In this document: piece after piece, positions 1-13,500 of the stretch
Position numbering within the stretch: position 1 is the stretch's first letter
Layout of the letters: each line of letters opens with the position of its first letter
Assembly: GCA_040954595.2 (NCBI GenBank)
Contig: CM082577.2
Span: 3,615,703-3,679,702 of the forward strand
Direction: 5' to 3'
DNA length: 64,000 nt
Source of the DNA: Balanoglossus misakiensis
Lineage: Eukaryota > Animalia > Hemichordata
Position numbers and translations under genes: made by a program
The notes under the pieces: generated by a model
Database searches by the model: none
The model's input: only the letters and a program-made list of their open reading frames with translations
What the model was told of the DNA's origin: nothing

Positions 1-190
1 CGCACCAAAAAGTCCCACGACCCCCATCCACATCCATAGTCCCTCCGTCATCAGCCGTAACCCGTCCACCCCCCTGTATTAAACCCTCCTAAATCAACCA
101 AGCATTGGCACTAAGAATAAAGGAACTCAATCACCTTTCTTAAAGTTTCCTAGTCTTTTGAAAAGCAAGTGGACGTGCGAACAATTTTGA

Positions 191-283
191 TTAACCCCTT
201 CACCCCCAGTTCCCTCTATAGAGGTCCAACTTTACCACAGAAAACAATGGACTTGGACTGAACCATGGTGGTGAAAGGGTTAG
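191..283. mobile_element. ~90-bp MITE with TTAA-CCC...GGG-TTA ends (piggyBac-like termini), family copy 1
   Basis: ttaaccccttcacccc...ggtggtgaaagggtta terminal inverted repeats; related copies at 888, 9056, 10836, 18793 and 56502. Confidence 0.8.
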
Positions 284-493
284 AGGAGGTTCTTTAGCGG
301 GAAAAGATAATACCCTTCTTTAACTTCAGTCTCCACCAAATTTAAGGTATATTTCTGTCGTTTTACTGTGTCAGTAAATTTCAACAGCATACTCAGTAGG
401 GTTTTGATGAAGTTAAAGTTTAGAGTGACTGAACTTCAACATTTATCCCACTCTATAAACCCAGTAGATGAATTCTCAAAATCAGACACTTAC

Positions 494-3400
494 CCACTAA
501 TGAACTTATCGCATTATCGACTGTACTGTGACACACAAAACCTGAGATATCTGCTTTCTTGAACACTTCACTAATGGATTCCTACAAGTAAAATGAAATT
601 ACACTTTATAACGGTGAAATCCTTCAAAAAGATTTTCATGAATAGGATTTTTTATATCCTTATTCTTTTCAAAATCAACTGTGAAAACTCTGTGAATATT
701 GCTCTCACCTCTAGACCAGCAAAGACTAGTCTGACATCAGACCGTTGGAACTCATAAATCAGTTCTGTCATACCCTGGAAGCAAAAAAAACCCTCACAAC
801 GTCAGCTACATGTGGAAGAAACCATGTGTTAATAGGTGAAACCTGAAATTTGAAAGGACCCGCATTCAAATAAAATCATGCACGTATTTAACCCTTTCAC
901 CCCCAGTTTCTACTATTGAGATTTCACCTTACCATAGACTGAACCATGGTGGTGCAAATCTGGAAATTAGAGGGACAAAACAAATGCCTCTACCAAAGAC
1001 CAAACGTTGCACTGTCATACATACATGTATAGTTGTGTAGTCGATAGTATACATGTGTGAACAGTCCAAGATAACCGCCTTTGGTCGACTTCTTCCCAAA
1101 TCATGTTCCTCTCCGTCATCATCATCTTCATCATCGCTGCCATCCAATCCCTTGGACGCCACGGAGCTTGTGATGTGGTCCACTGCCGGATAGTGTATTC
1201 CGTGGGAAAACTTGAGAACTAAGATCTCTTTGTTGATGGCCTAGGAGGTCGAGTGCGGAAAGCGAAACATTTTGATAAGGGGAATACAGAGTCAGTGTAC
1301 ACATGCGGGGCTTTCTAAATACCAGATGTGGGCAAGACAATATGCAAAGAATTTGATATACAATGTATTCATAATAGGATACTAAAGTATATGAGACGTG
1401 ACACTTTTGGTCACATATGTTGCTTCACAGACACTCATCCTACATGTCAACACCCGTCATCCTGAGAACTACGGGACTGTCTTACAAAACTCCAACACTC
1501 ACCTTAACTCTTGGTTTGGCCGTCTTGTAAAGAACAACTAGAATGTCAACAGCAATACCGATAACGATTCCCAACTCAATTCCAAGAGTCAAGGAAAAGG
1601 CTATGGTGACGAACCACGGAATGAGATCCAGCTCTGAAATGAGAAAGAGAGATTTGGAAATTAAGCTAAGTTAACGAATGAACATTGGAGGGTTTTGATT
1701 ATAGAGACCCCTCTACTGCCCTTCTCGATACATAATACACAAAAACATAAGAATGCTAATCTAAAAATAATAAAATAGATGTGATCTGCGACTTACTCCA
1801 AACTTTCCAAAGTTCTACGATAATTTTACACTCAATCATCTGCAGCACGGCCATGATGATGACCGCAGCCAGCGCCGCTTTCGGAATGAATGCAAATGCC
1901 GGCGTCAGAAAGGCGAGGGCCAGCAACACTAGACTGCCGGTGAACACGCCGCCAAATGGGGTCTTCACTCCGCTTTGAGAATTGACTGCAGTTCTGTAGG
2001 TGATCAAAGAGGAAAAGTGAATCAATATCAGGGAGTGCTATTGTACATGATGGAAATATGCATTCAATTGAAAATTTGAGGAATATAGTCTACCTTGAAA
2101 AACTGCCAGTCACCGGATAGGATGACACAAAGGAACTCAAAATATTAGCAGTACCTGAAAAATAAAATAATATTAACTTGATAAGTGATCTCTTTACATA
2201 TTCCTTGTTGTATTTACCCTTTTTCAGGAAAATTGACCCCTAATAAGAACGTTTTACTATATTTTAGGAACATATAGCTTCTCATGTACAGTAAAACCTG
2301 TCTAAACTGAACTGTGTCTAATCTGGAAACCTGTCTATACCAAACATATTTTTTCAGTCCCTTTCACACAGAACCAGAAGTTAAAAGAACCTCTCTCTGC
2401 AGTACCATCAGCATCCGGTTTAAACAGGTTTTACTGTATATAATGGACACCAAATTGAGTCACTTTTCAACTTACCTAGCGCTATCAGTTCTTGATTTGA
2501 ATCTACTTTATACTGATTCTGACGAGCTGAAAATGAGAAGTAAGGAAACAAACTGAAGATTGACAACAAAGTCAAACTTATCACAGTGTTAGAAACTGAT
2601 TTCTGGTATTAGAGAAACCCGCTGCTTCATTAGTTTTGAATAATCAAGAATTAATTAAAGACGAACTTACCGAACGCTTTTGCGATTGCTATACTTTCTA
2701 AGAATCCTATAAGAGGTACAACTAGTATCCCAACATTCAGTTCCTGGATGAATGAATGCAAACAAGGTCAAGGGTCAAAAGTCAAGTAAGGTCAAGGTCT
2801 ATTACATCAACATTTAGCAAACAATCAAAACTGGCAAAATGGTAAAAATGATAGAAAAGTCAAAGTAAAATGATAAAGAAATAGGACTGAGACTTGATAT
2901 TCAAAGTACTTGAGAATCATGATTTTTTAATTATAAAATATTGGTGACTTACTTGAAAAATATCTTGAGCTGTGATGTTACGACTCGGGTCATTAAACTG
3001 CGGTGGCTTGAAGGGTGGCAGACCTGCTGATATCTCTCCCACTAAAGTCAAACCGGGAATATTGGATTCTAACAAAGCCCATGCCATCACACCTGCTATG
3101 ATGACCACTACAGCATTTCGAGCTGCAAATGAAGAGAATATCATGTTACTTAAAGTGTTTGGCTTCCATCCCTCCAAATCTCCAAATAAAAAAAAGCTTT
3201 AATAGGATATTTTGGCCTGTGAGGGCAGTATATTGTTCCCAGCCAGCTACTCACCTGTTCCGATTAACCACAATGTCTTCCATATTGATTTCTTCCAACA
3301 TGGAACATCTTCACCAATTGTTTCTTCCTCCCATTTTGTGACTGAAGTTTTAAGAAACTGGCAAAATAAAATGAAATCATATTTATTTTTAAATGAGGCA

Positions 3401-5684
3401 CATAATTATGAAGAGCTTTATAAGGAAATGTAATATCGAAAGTGATCATTTGAAAAAAAAAATTACCAATGGATTTACATGTTACTGTTAAAATGCATGT
3501 ACACATTCAAATACATGTAATTATAAATGGTACAATTTCTGTTGAAATCTGACCAAAATATTCAGAAATTGTTTTCAAAATAGTGGTAAAAGCAGAAAGC
3601 TTCTACCATTGAGAGGTTAACCATGTTAGCCTACGTACGATAAATTGCTTGAACATGCAACAGCTGCGAGAGGATTACATGACGAGCTGTGGTGACAAAA
3701 CAATTTATACTAAATCACAAAGTTCCACAAATTTTCACTGTTCAAAAAATATGTCGACATTTACGACGGATTAGCAACCACAGTATTTGAACTGACAACA
3801 AGTATGGTATTTCTGCTCCATTCAACATCGCACTGTGACGACAGCAATTATGAGAGATGTAAGTGCTACTGCCACATCAGCATTTTTCATATCATTCATA
3901 CCAAAAGTCTATACAGGGTAGACCATTTAAGCTTTACTTTTTACCAGGTCATTTTTTCTAGTAACTACAAATTAATTAAATCAAATCATAACAACAAACC
4001 TTGAGGAAAAACAAAAATATGAAACAACAGACAGCCATCACTAGGTCCCAATAACTGCAGAAAAAAAAGGAAAACAAATTTTCCCATTTATTTATCTCAA
4101 TAAAACCGTAGAGTAGTGGAGAGTGGCATGGTCAGTTTCATAATGTTCTATTGATAGAGTGATGTCTTATATGGCAGAATGCTAGCAGGCATAACTGTAT
4201 AGATTCCACATAAACCTCAGAACAGCACAATATATGTAATGTCCACAAGAGTTCGTGTTTATCGTCAACTTATTTACTCCGAAGAATGTCAAAAATTGAA
4301 AATTATCAAGACTTCTGCAAACAAATCTATTTAGGCGATATTGGTTCTGTGACATGTACGTGACATATCGTGACTGGAAGTGACAATAAATATACCGCAA
4401 ACAATAAAATCATGGGACCGATTGTTATCAGTGTCATATCATAATTCATAAATGACCCCTGCTTAATTGACCCAATCACTTACTTTGTCTCTGTGATGTG
4501 CCCTATAACTCCCTTGATGTCATCTATAAATGTATCACCATGGTACTCTAAACCAAGCACGTGTTTGACCTGCCCAAGGGCAATCGTTATGGCAGCGGCC
4601 GTGGTGAAACCGGTGATGACCGGGAAAGAAATGAAGTTGACAAGGAAACCTGCAGGGGAAATAAAACAGAAATATTTATAAAATGCAATGTTCGTTTGGA
4701 AAGGGATCCTAGTAAGAATCAACTGTTTCATAAATTATGAAGGCATAGGTGCAAATCATTAAAATTATCTGGTTGGATAAAAAATTAACACTTGATGACC
4801 TTTGACCCTACATAAAAGACCTTATGCACAGGCAGGCAACTTGATTTTGCTTGAAACACGAAAAATGGTAAAAAGGCACTGTATTGGGCATCAATTGTAC
4901 ATAACCGTACTAAATACTTGACGTTTCATGATGGATCAGGCCAAAAATAGTAAAAAAAAACGTCAAAATTTACACAAGAAAAAAAAACATACCAAGGAAG
5001 AGCAAACCCATCAAGAGTTGTATGACTCCACTGATGAAGGTAAGAGCAATGGCGTACATGGGATCATGCAGACCTTCTTCGTTGATGGGCCCACCAAAAG
5101 CACCCACCATGAGGGACATGATTGCTGTGGGACCCAACGTGATGTCTTTGGCCGTGCCCAAGAAACAGTAGACAAAGCAGCCCATGAAAGCCGAGTACAA
5201 GCCATACTGAAAGTGAAAAAAAAAATCATGAAAATGAAAATGAATCATTCAGCCATCTGTATTTGTAAATAAACTTCTTCCTTGTCGAAACACTTCATTT
5301 CCTTGATGACTTCATAAAACAAAACAAAATTACTGAAAACATAGCGAAAAGTTACAGCTAGTGGAGCTTTACCTGCACTGGAAGCTGGGCTATCGTAGCG
5401 TAGGCCAATCCCTGGGGAATGACAGTCAGCCCAACTGTCAAACCGGCAATAATGTCGTGTAGTAGATAACTGGGTTTGTACTTTGGTGCCCAGAGGGTGA
5501 TGGGAAACTTCTTTTTCCAGTTCTTGGCCGTGCACGTCTTCCTGAGGCAGCCGCCCACTTGTTCCTTGGCGGTCGCCGTACGTTGTCTGAGAGTCATCGT
5601 GTCTTGTTCGCCCGATGGAACGTAAACGTTGATGCTTGCAGTCGTGGGGATGAGTGGATCAGTCTGACTTCCATACGTGGCCAT
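494..5684 (-). CDS. SLC26A11: SLC26A11-like sodium-independent sulfate anion transporter, copy A (multi-exon; C-terminus unresolved near the left edge)
   Basis: GT-AG exons approx. 5684-5373, 5206-4993, 4649-4484, 4054-4000, 3357-3255, 3122-2953, 2743-2671, 2526-2476, 2154-2094, 1993-1797, 1633-1503, 1240-1025, 774-709, 581-494. SLC26 motifs DIIAGLTVGLTVIPQGLAYA, YGLYSAFMG, GPTAIMS, NQELIALG, TAVNSQSGVKTP, STAS domain VILDCSHMYTIDYT. The last coding exon(s) below 494 were not confidently identified. Confidence 0.9.
888..955. mobile_element. Same MITE family, internally deleted/truncated copy
   Basis: ttaaccctttcacccccagtt...gactgaaccatggtggtg matches both ends of the copy at 191. Confidence 0.65.
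2289..2436. mobile_element. Tc1/mariner-pogo-type MITE (148 bp) in an intron
   Basis: TIRs cagtaaaacctgtctaaac and gtttaaacaggttttactg (19 bp, 1 mismatch), flanked by TA on both sides. Confidence 0.75.
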
Positions 5685-8600
5685 CCCTGGTGGCATGACA
5701 AAATCAGGAGGGGAAAAAAATGATTATTTTTAGTCCGAACTTATGTCATGTCCAGAAGAAAAAAAACATCACCACCAGCTGTCAAATGTCACATGCCAGA
5801 TTTGGAAAATTTACCACAGAAAGTGCTGAGTCAAGGAATTATTCATGGTGTATGAGAAGAGCTTGGAACCATCCATGCACTGTGGGTTTTCCCAGGGCAC
5901 TACAGAAACAACACTGACTATTAACAGGAAACGGATAGATCACGCAGTCATCGGATCATTGCAAGATGTCATCTCTAAATAAAAGTATTGCTGGTGCCTT
6001 TTTATAACTCTTGTCATTACACGTCACGGCGACAATCTGCTGTCATGCTAATACAGTAATTCATTACTGCTTCATTTATAGAGGCTTAACATCTGAATAA
6101 ATACAGAAACAGAAGTTGGAAAATGATCTTAGTAACTGTGCCAAAGGCCAATCGGGGACAAAGTCGCTTATACTAGTCAGTTGACACGATTTTGGTTATC
6201 TTTGATGCTTTTTGATAGCCTATTTGTTGCTTAGATCACTGAAATATGCTCAATGACTGGTTGTTACATTGTAACTCAACTCATGGTACACATGGTGGAG
6301 GCTATGACTAGCAATTTGATGAATTTTGAAAACTCGCATTGAGCAATTCTGGTATGTTTGGTGGAGCATATTTCAAGTTTCAAACTTTAACATGAAAGTT
6401 GGAAAACAAATACACTGACTGTATCAACTGTGGGTAGTTGCAGACATGTTGGCAATCTCATTAGCAGGCTGAATTAGGCTTCAGAACCCCCATTTGCATG
6501 ACAGGGCGGCTAGTCTACATGTTGAATCAAATGATATTCCTCAATGGCAGACTGAAATGGGGAATTTGGTGTGGTGTAATATGCAGTGTTTCAACTGTGG
6601 AAGAATTTCAAAGTGATGAACTCAGTTCTTATATAATGTTTGCATGCTCCCAAAGCCATCATCAGCACCTGGCTCGCAACCACCACCACTACCACCACCC
6701 AGTCTAGTCAAAGATCATTATCACCACTGACCATACTTGCCCATATACACACCCACCCAATATGCTTGAAATTAAACTCTGAAAGCTGCACAGAGACTTA
6801 CATGGCGCCAGAAAACATTTTCAACTCAACACCTGAAGGCGACTGTCTCTTTACAAAGGTAGATAGATAATCACCACTTGCAAACCATTACTTGTGCGAG
6901 TTCCAGGCGTTTGGAGGTTGGTACACGGATAATTCGCAAGGCAATGAGGGGCAGGCAAGCACGCCAGTACCTTACATTATAAGTTTAATAATTATTTTTA
7001 TCAAGCGGGACTTTGATCACAATTCACCCCCAACCGTTCGTACGTACGCCTGATAAAGAAATTTATCAGCGCGACTGTCGTACTTAACATGCTTACTATG
7101 ACAAGATAACTCGTGGGACGGTGAAAAGGTGATTTACAGCTCTGGTAGATGATATACCAGAATGTTATCTGACATCACACAGACTGCAAGCAGCTAGGTC
7201 ATAGCTGCCTGACGATGACTGCGTCGCCAGTGAAGTCAAAATCACGGCAGCGAAGTATTTAATGTCCCCATGGACGTACGAGAGGGGCTTCTTACCTGTT
7301 GATTTGATGCTTTACCTCTTCAAGAAAAAATGGTAGTTAAAATGGCTATGTACGTATCGTACAATCTGTGTTACACGTTTTACTGGAACCTGCTGTCACC
7401 TTGGCGGCTTATTCATTGTGAATGGAAAACTGCGAGGTTATTGTCTCATCGTATACCGGTATACGTTTCTGACTTGTGTGTGTTTTCATTGACAATTGTT
7501 GTGAAGGCCAGCTGGTCGATCATATGACCAGTGGCAACAGTCTCGTGACAGTGTTAGTCCGGTGCCTTCAATTCAGGTTCACAGATATTGTAACTAATGG
7601 CGCGTCGCTCTCTCTTCGAAGCCAAATTTTTGCCACCCCAGGTCAGACCAGAGCCTCTACAACGCTGGGCTTGAAAGAACAAGGAGACGTTCACGTTCGC
7701 TGGTTTTGAAGGAGGTGTCAGCAAAAGTCAGGTGACAAGACCGGTGCCCTACTTCCGGGATTTACTATGAATCATGGGTAATTCGTCTGCTACATACGTA
7801 TACATATATTATACGTATGGTTCCCATGTGACAATCAGATTCGTAACCCTTGGTAACCCTTACCACTGAGAATCTCAAAAGTGCGCCATCAAGGAGCGAC
7901 GGGGGGAAAATCCACGGGGATAATTTTTATCATGAACACGAGTTACAACCAAGAAATCTATCTTCGGAAAGAAGTTTGCATTGATTTTATTTCCAAAGTT
8001 ATTGTACAGTATTGATGAAATCTAAAAAAAAGAAACAATCAGAATTATATTCCTTGTCTGAAAACACTCTTCCAAAATAACTCACCTACTCATCACCATG
8101 GAAACTATGAGGACAGTTGTTACACTAAAAACAGAACAAGACGCTCAAAAACAGCAAATCAAAAACTGATCACTCTTTCAACCTGTGCTGTCATTTTCAT
8201 TTGTGACACAAAACTGGCAAATAAATGTTGCTTCATAATTTGATATGTTTATATGTGCGCCAGACTCTTCCACTTATACTAAAAGTAGAAAACCGTTTCT
8301 TTTCAGAACGTCTTTTCCAGCGTAATTTTTACAGCATTTGAAGTTATAAACTTTGTACAGAGAAACCAAGCAAGAAAAACCAGCTGCACTTTCTTATTTC
8401 TAACTTTTACAAGAGCAAAGTCCTCGTGATGGAGGGATTTTGTGACAAGAATTGTGACAGCAAATGAATCAGAAAGCCATTATGGGGACAGCGTAACAAA
8501 CATGTCTGTCTCCTGAAAAAAATCTACCATACCAATTGATAAACATTTGGGACTGACAACCTTAAAAATCTACTGATGCACTTCAACCTATGTTTACAAG

Positions 8601-9055
8601 TCAGGATAAAGTGTATTGCACTGAAAGAAAATTATTTTACACATTGAACAGTATTTTTGCCAAAATGTTCGATAATTTTGGTCAAGGTTTCTTATTATCA
8701 TAAAATCCAACTATTTATCTGATCCACAAGAAATAAAAAAATCAGCTTGGCACCTTTAGACTTGAAAAAAAACTTCAACAAAACTAAACTAAAACGGGTA
8801 AAAGCTGTAACTTATTAAATCAAAACTAACGAAGAAAGCTAAAAAATATAAGAAGTTGTAAAATAAACTACCCCCCCCCCCCTATGAAAATACATGTACT
8901 AATTTTGTATGTTTGCCTTGTAATATAGCAATGCTAGATACAGGATACTTGATGAAAATGCACCACATGTTTAAAATCTGTTTTCAGTGAAAATAAATTT
9001 CATGATTTTCAGTATGTAGTCTACAGTATTTCCCTGTTTCTGGGGAACGATAGCC

Positions 9056-9149
9056 TTAACCCTTTCACCCCCCAGTTCCCTCTATAGAGATCCAACCTTA
9101 CCACAGAAAACAATGGGTTTGGACTGAACCATGGTGGTGAAAGGGTTAT
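9056..9149. mobile_element. TTAA-CCC MITE family copy
   Basis: Near-identical to 191-283. Confidence 0.8.
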
Positions 9150-10541
9150 TTATGAATATATGTAAATGAGAAATGTAAGCATCGTAGTTGATCAGAAGAG
9201 TGTAGTAAGGATGACTTTTTGTCATTTTCATGATTTCAGCTCTTACCCTGAGTTAATAACTGGCATCTAAATTAGATGATCACTTAATATCACCTGGAAA
9301 CCAAACCAAAATATTGTGAAGTATTTGTACAAAGAAATGAAAAAAAGAAAATTCAGGCAGATATGAAAGTTGAGAACAATGTTCAAACACATGTGCTCTA
9401 GTGGGAAGATTACTTGGTTCTGCAATTTTTCAAAGGTACGTCTGGTTTTATAATATATGCACCTTGCAGGTTTTTATTTTTTTTTAAAACTGAAACAGAC
9501 CCGATAATAAAGTGATAAAGTCAAAATTGAAAGTTACACCATATTCATATCACTAGTGTACAGGACATGATTCTCACAAAGACTTTGATTACAAACAGAA
9601 TGGTGAACATGACAAGGTTTTGTTCAAAGAAGTAAAATTCATGGGTCAAAGGTCTTCTGTGATTGGCTGACATGCAATTTAAACACCTGTGTCTGACCAA
9701 TACCCTTCCCTGGAAACAACTGGCACTCAAGGAATAACAAAGGCTTATTAAAGATTGCGCCATTTCCCCTAATTTGCATACAACAGAAAAGCAAAGTTCT
9801 TTGAAGGTTATACTGCAGCACTGTGGATGCTAAAGGTTATGGCGTAAAGGAAAGTGCAGCCATGTTTCCCAACCTACATTGAAACCAATATTTTTTTCAT
9901 ATAAATTTGCTCATGATCACATGAAGACTCAATTCATTACACCAATATATGTTACAATTTACAGTTGATTATTGCATTCCCAAAGTCCATAATTTATTTC
10001 AATTTTATTTCACTCTCAGTTTAGCCAAAAGACTACAATATGAAGAGGTTACATATCCCCCAATTTGTGAAGTAGCACACACCAAGAGCTAGAGAGACAT
10101 TTGGAGACTGACATCATGGTGTGTCATCCCACTCTCTCCACAAAAGGTTTTTTGACTGCCGATTGAAAATACCTCTTCTTGTCCAACAAGCTCCATAAAA
10201 ATTCAAAGGGAAAATATTCAATGAAATTCTAAAATGTTATCGACGAAGCAAGTGTAGCCACTCTGTAAATACTCTTGTATGAATCAACGTGGGCATATCA
10301 TACAATTTGTCCTAAAAATTGGGTCGTAAGTAGAAGTATAAGTCCAAAGATGTTCTCTAACCCAACTCCTGATTCAAACTAAACATGTCTTTCATTTTTG
10401 AGAAGTTCATGTACACCATTTGTTTTCCAGATTATTGTAGTTGTGTGATAGGCACGTCCCAAGACGGGGAGATCAGACTTCAACTGCAACGGAAAAAAGG
10501 TCATCCTCATCAGAGAAACACTTCTGCAAGATGTGGAGAGT

Positions 10542-13500
10542 CTAAAGCTTCGTGTCGGTAACATTGGCTTGTCCATTATCCATTGAAGCCTCTAGATCAT
10601 TTGACGATATCGTGTTGGGTTTTTCCTGGATTGGAGTCATTGCTGTGTCACCACCAGCTGCGTTTGGTGAATCGCTCGGGTCTGAAATCAGAAAATGCAA
10701 TATTACAAGTTATCAAACGCTTATGTGAAAATTTCACTTCTGCGGTGCACGCGAGTTTGGTCCATAACAATTCTGCCAATCAATGTACCCCGGTATGTGA
10801 ATTCATGTTCTTGACATTGCCAACATGATACCACATTAACCCCCTTCACCCCCATCTCCTGTATGGAGGGGTCCTGCACTGCCACTGAGAACAACAGAGT
10901 TGGGCCAGCCATGGTGGCGAAAAGGTTATGTAACGCATACACAAACACACTTACCGAGAAGGGACTGAATGCCTTCCTCCACTGTGTCATAGTGTTCGAA
11001 GTGGGTCACGTTCGCTCTTTCAATCATCACCAACAGAGTTTCACGAATTCCAGCGACTACAAATTTGACGTTATTGCGATTGAATTCTGAGCACATCTCG
11101 TTTATCGCCTGTGGACGGAAAAAAAAATATGTAGTGATTTTTTCCCCCACTACAACCAAGAGAATGTAAAACACACTTCCTTGCTAAAACCTGCATCACT
11201 ATATGACGTCTACTCTTTGATGTCACCAATGAATTATTCAATTATGATCACTTACCTGTATCGAACTGTAATCAACATGCGTTAATCTGGAACAGTCTAC
11301 AACACAGGGCTTTGGTGGGTTGCTGGACAGGCACTCTTCCTGGATTTTGTCCGTGATGTGATCGACAGCCGGAAAATGAACGCCGTAGTCTATCTGAATC
11401 ACCGTTACTTCTTTCTCGATGGTCTGAACAAGAAGAAAACAAAAAGTTTCAAGTCTGTTCTTTAAAAACATACTTAAAGCCTAGTCCCAGCTGTCCATCT
11501 CTTCCCAACGACAATTTTCAATCTTTTTTTATTTCTAATCAGCGATTGTTGGCAGTTCACAATGAACTTCATTTGACATTTAGTTTTTCATGGCTTACTT
11601 AAGGTTGCTTTTAAAACTTACTTCAATCTCAGGCTTGGCTTGCGCGTACAGGAGCATGCAGAGGTCAATGGCAACTCCGATGATGATTCCAATTTCCACT
11701 CCCAGCCACAGAGAACCAAAGAACGTACCACACCATGGCAACAGATCCAACTCTGCAAAATCATTACACATAAAAGACAATTGAGGAAAGGCACTACGAC
11801 AAAAAATCTCTCAAGTATTACTACGAGTCTTGTCCTGGACCATGCAAGTACGGATCAAGAAATGAAGACTTCATAAACCACACTACAGTCTACAATGAAG
11901 AATTCGAAGCCACTTGAAGCCGTACACTAAAAGTGTCTGCTGTCATCACATTCTCACAGCAGTCAGGCAGTTGATAGAGGGCGCTATTGAATACTTACTG
12001 TTGACAAACCATAATTTTTTGATGGTCTTGTAATCGAACATGAGAAGAACTGCGCTGATGATGACGGCTGCCAGGGCGGATTTTGGAATGAAGTAGAAGA
12101 GAGGAGTCAAAACTGCCAGAGACAAAATCACAAGCAGTCCCGTAAACACGCCTCCCATGGGTGTCATAACTCCACTCTGAGAATTCACAGCCGTTCTGAA
12201 AATAAATGCGGAAAAATAGTTGGTGAATGTCAGTTCAAAACACCTTATACGGTGAGAGTAACATATTTACCATCTTTCGGTGTCATTTGATAATTTATTT
12301 TGCAAATAAGTCAAAAAGGGGCAATGTAATGAGTTTTCTCTACATACACATGTACTGACCTTTAATAATTCCTATTATTGTATTATTCATATTCAAAAAT
12401 AAATATTTTCAAATTTCAGAATAATATCTACTGATTTGTTAACACACCATTTTTGTCAGATAAATAAAATATCTGAGAAAGTCAACAACAGTCAGTCACA
12501 TTTTGATACACATTAAATCTAGACAATTTATAGATGTTGGAATAATGGTACAATAGCGGTCATTTTTAGAATAATAGGGGTGTGAAAATAATATGTGCAT
12601 TGGTTGAGCACTACAAGCTGTCACCACTTTCAGCTGCTGTCGTCACTCATGGAATGATGATGACATGGCACATCCCAAAATAATCAACTTCCCCTGCCAG
12701 GTTTATTTATAATAAAACAAACAGATTCTACGTGGCTTTTAATAAATATGGCAGACAATTTCAATTTATTGTCACACTCTTCCTGTTCTGTTTACTGGTC
12801 ATGTATAATTAAAAGGAACAAAGTCGGCAACTATTATTTTATTTTGATAGGCTATTTTATTTTTTTGCTTTTCACTGAAATATGTCCAATGACCTATTGT
12901 CATGGGTCGATACCCAATCCATACATGGATATTACACATGAATACTTCTGTCATTTAATTTTGGGTCAGTACCAAAATAAAAATGTTACAAAAAAGTTTA
13001 CCTTGAAAAACTGCCAGTGACAGGATATGCTGAGACAAAGGAACTCATGATGTTGGCAGTACCTGACAGATAAAAAAACCATGCAAATGAGTATAGGATG
13101 AATGTCCTTTCTAATACTGTAAAATTCCTAATGGTTGCAGAGCAAATTAGGAATTTTTAGAGAAGTCTCAGCAATTGTCGCTTTAGTGGGCATACATAAC
13201 ATGTATAACAGAACTATCCAGAATTTATGTTGCAAGATTCAATATGGCATGCAGGATTCAATACGGTATTTTATGGTACGTCAGAAGTACACACACACTC
13301 ATACTTCCAACGGAAGGGAACAAGATTTCCTTTGGTTTAAAAATAAATTTCGAACAAAGTGCGCTGGAACAGTTTTTTGACTAATACAGGCAACTGCAAC
13401 CCCTAACTGCTGACATATATGTTTACTTACCTAACGCTAAGAGTTCTTGGTTTGGATACACTCTATACCTGTTTTTACGACCTGTAATTAAGAAAACAAC

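Noticed and set aside
1-150. Candidate terminal exons of SLC26A11 copy A (149-135 and from 73 downward)
   Set aside because: Splice signals are plausible but frame and homology cannot be established.
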